This document shows, piece after piece, positions 58,346 to 64,000 of a stretch of 64,000 nucleotides of DNA; within the stretch, counting starts at the first letter, position 1; each line of letters starts with the position of its first letter. Below the pieces are notes generated by a model. The model was not told the origin of the DNA. It saw only the letters and a program-made list of their open reading frames with translations, and did no database searches. Source of the stretch: Bacilli bacterium (GTDB lineage: Bacteria > Bacillota_I > Bacilli_A > RF39 > UBA660); contig JAVBQF010000020.1 of the NCBI GenBank assembly GCA_031549195.1, forward strand, positions 17,894 through 81,893, read 5' to 3'. The position numbers and the translations under genes were made by a program.

Positions 58346-59035
58346 CTATTTTGCAGCTTCTTTTTTTCCATCTGTCAATGTTGTTTTAAATCTTTTTATT
58401 TTGTGTGCTGCAAGTTGTACTCTTGCACTTTGACTGCCATCAATTCTTTCTATTTCTGCACTAGATAACGGGCTATCAATGCCGAATCTTTCAATATCTT
58501 GTTCTAATTGCTGCGCTATTTGTTTTCCTTCTTTTGTCCAAAGCCATATGTATCTTGAAGAATATCCATACTCACAGTTGTGCATTTTTCTTCTAAAACA
58601 TCTAATTTTTTCATCGATTTTTGCTATTTCAACAGGGTCTATTATCTCTTCTTTAAGTAAAAGATTCGATAATCCAATTGGCTTTTTACTATACTTTGTA
58701 TATTCTCTCCATCTACCAGAAAGCTGCGCATTAATTCCGCCTGCACCTATAACAAAAGTAGCATCTTCTGGAGTTACTGACTGTGCATTTGATAAAACAA
58801 GCATACTTACAGTTTTATCTGTAGCATTACCCATAACAAACCAGTCATTTTCGGGAGCTTCTCCCTTTCTATAACACAATTTAAAATCACCATTTTTATC
58901 TGCAATTCCATCGTATGTTGCAGTTTTTTCATCTAGTCTTATTACACCAGACATTATCCCTATTAAGCTATTTTCTGCTGCTTGTCTATTTTGGAATCCT
59001 CTATTATATTCAACTCCAAATCTTATGTATTTCAT
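58346..59035 (-). CDS. hypothetical protein
   Basis: ORF of ~230 aa. The probable start is the internal MKYIRFGVEY. Confidence 0.35.
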   Translation of the reverse strand: MKYIRFGVEYNRGFQNRQAAENSLIGIMSGVIRLDEKTATYDGIADKNGDFKLCYRKGEAPENDWFVMGNATDKTVSMLVLSNAQSVTPEDATFVIGAGGINAQLSGRWREYTKYSKKPIGLSNLLLKEEIIDPVEIAKIDEKIRCFRRKMHNCEYGYSSRYIWLWTKEGKQIAQQLEQDIERFGIDSPLSSAEIERIDGSQSARVQLAAHKIKRFKTTLTDGKKEAAK

Positions 59036-59111
59036 AAATTCCTCCTGAATGTCATTATTATAGCACATTCACATTACATCGCATATAATAAAACGAATAA
59101 AGGAGGATTTA

Positions 59112-59428
59112 TGAATAACGGAATGCCTAATATGCAAGCTATGCCTGGGATGCCTGGAATGCCTGGGATGCCAAACATGACTGGAGGAAACTTCGCTTTC
59201 GTACCTGGAATGATGGATAACATGGGAATGGGCGGTCATAATTGTCATTGTATGGATGAAATAAGAGCAATTAATAATAGAATTGATTCATTAGAAAGAC
59301 AAATAAGAAGAATTGAAAGAAAATTAGAACCTGGAATTATGCCAATGCCATACGGAAATGCTGCTACTACAAATAGTCAAATGCAAAATGAATATCCACA
59401 ATATCAAAGTGGAAATTATATGCTTTAA
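59112..59428 (+). CDS. Met/Pro/Gly-rich small protein, spore-coat-like
   Basis: AAAGGAGG RBS before the ATG at 59112. MPGMPGMPGMPNM repeats and a C-terminal coiled segment. The track ORF start at 58982 lies upstream of this RBS. Confidence 0.4.
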
Positions 59429-59513
59429 AAGATGGTAACATCTTTTTATTTGGTTTGACTTTCAACCTCGTTTTTACTATACTTAACTTACGTAATACAG
59501 AAATGAGGCTATT

Positions 59514-60782
59514 ATGGAATTTGTTGAACTTGAAGAAAAAGAATTTGATAAATACGCTAAAGAGCATGAACTATGTAATTTTCATCAAACAAGTAATTGG
59601 GGACATTTGAAAGAAACAAATGGATGGCATTCTCATTTTGTTGGAATTAAAGATAAAGGAGATATTATAGCAGCTAGTCTAATTCTTTCAAAAAAGCTAC
59701 CATTTGGTAATATGTTTTATGCTCCACGTGGCTTTCTAATAAATTTTAATAATCATGACTTATTAAACTTTTTTACACTTAATCTAAAAAAATATCTTAA
59801 AAAACACAATTCAATATTTTTAAAAATCGATCCATATCTTCCATATCAAATAAGAGATATTGATGGTAATATAATAAAAGATAATAAAAAGAATGATGAG
59901 GCAATTGATAATTTGAAAAAACTAGGATTCAAACATTTTGGTTTTAATTTATATCATGAGGCATTACAACCCAGATTTATTTTTAGATTAAATGTTCAAG
60001 ATAAGACAGAAGATGAACTTTTAAAATCCATGGAACCTACAACTAGAAACTTAGTAAGAAAAAGCACGAAGTTAGCTATTAATGTAAGGGAATTAAAAGA
60101 GAATGAGCTTGAGATATTTAAAAATCTTATGACACATACTAGTGAAAGAAGAAACTTTGTTGACAGGCCATTTGCCTATTATAAAGATATGTATAAGTAT
60201 TTTTCCAAAGATAAATATATTAAGTTTATGATAAGTGAGATTAATTTAGATGAATATATCGATAGTTTAAATAATGAACTACAAGGTACAAAAGAATTAA
60301 TTGCCGAAAAAGAGCAGCTTATCAAAGTCGGTAAGGTAAATATAGATAAGACTAAAAATTCTATAAAAGAATTAGAGATAATAATAAATAGTATTAATAA
60401 AAACCTGGATAAAGCTAGAGAACTTAGAGATAAAAAGGGATCGCTGATTGTTTTAGGTGGTATTCTTTACTTTATATATGGAAATGATGTTTTATCTCTA
60501 TTGAGCGGGGCATATAGCGACACCATGTATTTAGGATCACCATATAATTTAAATTATCAAATGATTCAGTATGCTGCAGAAAAAAAATACAAATATTATA
60601 ATTTTTATGGTATAACTGGTGACTTTAATAAAAATAGTGAACTGTATGGAATGTATGACTTTAAAAGAGGATTTGGTGGGGAAGTTGTTGAGCTTATTGG
60701 TGAGTTTGATTTAGTAACAAATAAATTTAAATACCTATTATATGAGCTAAGCCTTAAGGTTTATAAATTAATAAAAAGATAG
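59514..60782 (+). CDS. FemAB family peptidoglycan aminoacyltransferase
   Basis: About 420 aa. FemAB-like N-terminal acyltransferase fold (FHQTSNWGHLKE, FYAPRGF) with an inserted coiled-coil region. Confidence 0.7.
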   Translation: MEFVELEEKEFDKYAKEHELCNFHQTSNWGHLKETNGWHSHFVGIKDKGDIIAASLILSKKLPFGNMFYAPRGFLINFNNHDLLNFFTLNLKKYLKKHNSIFLKIDPYLPYQIRDIDGNIIKDNKKNDEAIDNLKKLGFKHFGFNLYHEALQPRFIFRLNVQDKTEDELLKSMEPTTRNLVRKSTKLAINVRELKENELEIFKNLMTHTSERRNFVDRPFAYYKDMYKYFSKDKYIKFMISEINLDEYIDSLNNELQGTKELIAEKEQLIKVGKVNIDKTKNSIKELEIIINSINKNLDKARELRDKKGSLIVLGGILYFIYGNDVLSLLSGAYSDTMYLGSPYNLNYQMIQYAAEKKYKYYNFYGITGDFNKNSELYGMYDFKRGFGGEVVELIGEFDLVTNKFKYLLYELSLKVYKLIKR

Positions 60783-60788
60783 AATTTG

Positions 60789-61658
60789 TTAAGTTCTATC
60801 TTTCTTTTTTATCATAATTGGAGTTGGTATAATGGTCATTCTGGTTATGCTACCATTAAAATTCTCATCGCGTTCCTGTGAATTTAAAAGCGAATTAAAT
60901 TGATTAAAGAATGGCCAATTCATATAAAGATTAATACCAATTCCAGGAAGTATATTTTCAAAATATTCCATCATTGATTGAAAAGTTCTACTTGTAGCGT
61001 CCGTTTTTGCTAATTCCATTGCCATATTTGCTGTATCTTCACTCCTCAAAGGTACCCCTATATGACATTTCTCTCCACTTCTATCAAAATGTTGTAAAAA
61101 ATGATATCCATCCTTATTATCTACTAATCCTATTTTAATAACCGTTTCATCAGATTCGTCTTTCTCTTTCAAGTGATAGACAGTAGTTGCGTCTTGATTC
61201 ACATCATAAAGTATTCTTCTTATTATATCTCCCTCAGTAGCAAATCTTGGATCTTTTTTATATATTCCTATGTCAATATTAGATCCAGAAACAAGAAATC
61301 TATACCACTCATTAGTTGATGGTTCATAAGATACTGCTTCAAACTCTTTTTTATACCAGGCATTACTAATGCTTATTCTGGTTTCTCTTGCTCTATCAAA
61401 TTTATCTCTTACAAATATTTTAAATGCATCCTCACTCTGATCAGCTGCACAACTAATATAAGAATCTTCAGTTACAAAAGAATACAATCCGTCAGAGTTT
61501 TTTCTAGGAATTATTGTTTTATTTGAACCCTTATCCTTAAGAATCAAAGCATCTTCTAGCAAATATGAATTATAGCCAAGCATAGAAAATGTCATTTCTA
61601 GAATTCTTTTATTTTTTATGTACATATTGTCTGTAAGTAATTGCCGTTCTGGTTTCAT
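60789..61658 (-). CDS. hypothetical protein
   Basis: 289-aa ORF with no recognised motif. Confidence 0.4.
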   Translation of the reverse strand: MKPERQLLTDNMYIKNKRILEMTFSMLGYNSYLLEDALILKDKGSNKTIIPRKNSDGLYSFVTEDSYISCAADQSEDAFKIFVRDKFDRARETRISISNAWYKKEFEAVSYEPSTNEWYRFLVSGSNIDIGIYKKDPRFATEGDIIRRILYDVNQDATTVYHLKEKDESDETVIKIGLVDNKDGYHFLQHFDRSGEKCHIGVPLRSEDTANMAMELAKTDATSRTFQSMMEYFENILPGIGINLYMNWPFFNQFNSLLNSQERDENFNGSITRMTIIPTPIMIKKKDRT

Positions 61659-61663
61659 TCAAT

Positions 61664-63985
61664 TTATCCTCTTTTCAGAAATGATACTAGGAAATAAAAT
61701 GTAGGTATTATAAATAATCCAATATACATTAACATGCAAACTATCAAATATACAAAATAGAATATGCTATTTAATACTTTAAAATTCTTTTTTTCTATAT
61801 ATTTAATCCATATTAATGCAACGAAAATACCTATTATTGATATTAATATTCCGGCATTTAATCCTTCTGGTTTATATGTAATATCAATTTTATTTTTACC
61901 TTTATCTAATTTTATTCCAACAAAGTTATCATACATTTTTATTATTTCTATGTCTTTATCATTATTTGTAGCCTTGTAACCTTTTAAATATGTTATTGGT
62001 AAAAATAAAATTTTATCTTCTTCTGAATCTATTTTTATACTTATATCATTACCACTAAAAGTTACTTCTGTTTTTGTGTTTATTTTTATAAAGTTTTCCA
62101 ACTTTTCTAAGTCTAATATTCCAATGTTTATATGATCTATTACAGATTTATTTGCAGCGTCACCCAATAGTTGAATTTTCACTGTTATCTCTTCATTTTC
62201 ATATGTACCAAGCTCAATAGTGCCATTATGTTCTGCATAAGGATATCCTTCTACTAATAGTTTATCATTTACATATACAGCAAATTTCTTATATATTTTA
62301 AACTTATTAGTATTGTTAAACTCATTAAGCACTTCAAAATACACTTTATTTCTTCCGGTAACATTAATCTTTGCAAAAAGGTATGCATCATTACCTTCTC
62401 TATAAAGATTTATCTTGCCTTGCACTTCTTCTTTCTTAATGTTATGGAGTTCAAAATCCTCTACTATTGTAAATATATTTCCATTATTAGTAATTGATTT
62501 ATATATCATATTGCTAGCATCAAAACTATTTTTTGCAGATGTTATATCGACATTTTTTGAAGCAAGGTATCCATATGATATATTGCTATTTGCCTTATAA
62601 AAATTAATACCTTTATAATTATCAATAAAGCTATAATATTCATTGTTTATCTTTTTTTCACTAACAATATATTTTTGAGCAAGTAAGATGTCAGCAAATA
62701 AGTTACCACCAGATGATTCTGTATCCATCCAATAAGAATCATATCCAAGCCTTTGCATGGTCTCAAAGTTAGTTTTATCAGTTAATGAAGTAAAATTAGT
62801 ATAGGTGTGATAACCAGATACCATTCCGAAGTTTCTAATAAGAGATTGATCCTCTCTTTTCACATAATAGATATCATCTTTATCCTTAATATTATTTAAT
62901 TCAATCATCTGTTTATATCTATCTTGTAAATCCTTTTGATCAAAATCTATTCCAATATATATGAAACTCATCATAATTATATTAGTCATAGCAATTAAAG
63001 TAAACATCCAAAAGGCAAACCTACCTCTATTCTTATTAAGATATCCAATGATAAATGCTACAGCAAAAGTAATTAGAAACATTAAAAACACTATTATTAA
63101 ACCTTTTATATCAGAAGTAAAGGTTAATTTATCAATCGATTGTTGAATCTCTGTATAAAAAAGTTTAGTCAATACTAATAGACTTATTGATCCAACAACT
63201 GTACTTCCTAGGGTTATAAGCATTTTTTTCTTTGTTGTTTTTTCTTCTTTCATATTCTCAAAGTAATATAATGCAATACAAATAAATATAAACGCTGGTA
63301 TAAAGCCATATCGCAATGGAAAAAAAACATAACTTCCAAAATGAAACAATTTATTTATTGGTTCGACTATTATAGGCATCATAATAAGTACCAATAATGA
63401 AATTATAAATATTAGTTTCTTTTTGCTTTTAACTATTGATAATAGCAATAAACAAACTATAGCAATGCTTACTCCACTTAAAAAGAAAAATGTTATTTTA
63501 TCCGAAATAGGGCCTAATTTAGAATTTAAAATCATGTTTAAATCAAACCCGGCTCTTTGTGATGCTCCTATTTGTAGCATGCTAGGTAAAAAGATAAATG
63601 CACTAATAAGTATACTTATAATAGAAGATATCGCTAAATTAAAGATTGCTTTTTTAATATTAATCTTCTTTTTGTTAATATATAAATATATAATTGTACC
63701 CACAATTATAAAAAGTAATACTATAAGAGTCAAATAAAAACAAAATATTAATGATAATGATAATATAATTATATACAATTTACTTCCTTCAAGGTCTAAT
63801 AATTTCTTTAACCCTACTAATAAAAGAGGAAATAAGCATACTACGTCCATCCATGGGGTAATGATATAAAGTATCAAATTGTAGCCACAAAAAGCATAAA
63901 GAACAGAAAATAATATTTGATAATCATTAGGTACTTTTTTGAAATACTTACTTATAAAATATAAGCAAGTAATACCTGATAACAT
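61664..63985 (-). CDS. YfhO-like polytopic membrane protein (possibly N-terminally incomplete at the window edge)
   Basis: More than 12 TM helices in the N-terminal ~450 aa and a C-terminal soluble domain. This is the YfhO architecture. Confidence 0.5.
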   Translation of the reverse strand: MLSGITCLYFISKYFKKVPNDYQILFSVLYAFCGYNLILYIITPWMDVVCLFPLLLVGLKKLLDLEGSKLYIIILSLSLIFCFYLTLIVLLFIIVGTIIYLYINKKKINIKKAIFNLAISSIISILISAFIFLPSMLQIGASQRAGFDLNMILNSKLGPISDKITFFFLSGVSIAIVCLLLLSIVKSKKKLIFIISLLVLIMMPIIVEPINKLFHFGSYVFFPLRYGFIPAFIFICIALYYFENMKEEKTTKKKMLITLGSTVVGSISLLVLTKLFYTEIQQSIDKLTFTSDIKGLIIVFLMFLITFAVAFIIGYLNKNRGRFAFWMFTLIAMTNIIMMSFIYIGIDFDQKDLQDRYKQMIELNNIKDKDDIYYVKREDQSLIRNFGMVSGYHTYTNFTSLTDKTNFETMQRLGYDSYWMDTESSGGNLFADILLAQKYIVSEKKINNEYYSFIDNYKGINFYKANSNISYGYLASKNVDITSAKNSFDASNMIYKSITNNGNIFTIVEDFELHNIKKEEVQGKINLYREGNDAYLFAKINVTGRNKVYFEVLNEFNNTNKFKIYKKFAVYVNDKLLVEGYPYAEHNGTIELGTYENEEITVKIQLLGDAANKSVIDHINIGILDLEKLENFIKINTKTEVTFSGNDISIKIDSEEDKILFLPITYLKGYKATNNDKDIEIIKMYDNFVGIKLDKGKNKIDITYKPEGLNAGILISIIGIFVALIWIKYIEKKNFKVLNSIFYFVYLIVCMLMYIGLFIIPTFYFLVSFLKRG

Positions 63986-64000
63986 TATTTTTAGTGCAAT

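Noticed and set aside
1-64000. CRISPR arrays, tRNA and rRNA genes.
   Set aside because: No regularly spaced direct repeats with unique spacers were seen. No cloverleaf-compatible GTTCGA/T-arm plus acceptor pattern or rRNA-like conserved blocks were recognised by eye.

Overview
This is an AT-rich, low-GC Firmicutes chromosomal segment, probably Clostridium-like. The evidence is TTG/GTG starts, GGAGG ribosome-binding sites, anaerobe enzymes (pyruvate:ferredoxin oxidoreductase, rubrerythrin, desulfoferrodoxin) and sporulation-type coat proteins. Most of the window is ordinary core genome: a perR-dfx-rbr oxidative-stress module, mscL, coaD/coaE, a ytrA-like GntR/ABC operon, an FNT channel, recG, mntP, a 1.1-kDa-class PFOR, ftsY-ylxM-ffh, ezrA, rpsD, tyrS with a T-box leader, trmB and a FemAB family protein. 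Three parts are not ordinary. (1) Roughly 19.55-34.40 kb, between a cupin/SGNH/serine-hydrolase/zeta-kinase operon and recG, is an accessory island. It has three cargo blocks: an RHH protein plus three paralogous zinc-ribbon membrane proteins plus a YdbC-like protein plus two methyltransferases; a HerA/FtsK-like P-loop ATPase with a Cys-rich partner; and a tyrosine-integrase island carrying Nudix, histidine phosphatase, XRE and a HEPN Abi-like protein. The blocks are bounded by repeated terminator-like hairpin modules and GGTAYCTAAWT tandem motifs, including a 27-bp perfect direct repeat. (2) A ~580-nt GC-enriched non-coding region with its own promoter lies directly upstream of, and co-oriented with, a small 4-TM protein. 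This fits the OLE RNA / OapA arrangement. (3) Several smaller oddities: two accessory genes interrupted by single in-frame stops, a 33-bp perfect inverted repeat linking a zinc-ribbon paralog to the YdbC-like gene, an extra ORF wedged between ylxM and ffh, and two candidate small RNAs. No rRNA, tRNA or CRISPR array was recognised. Coordinates of non-ORF features are hand-counted and may be off by a few nucleotides.
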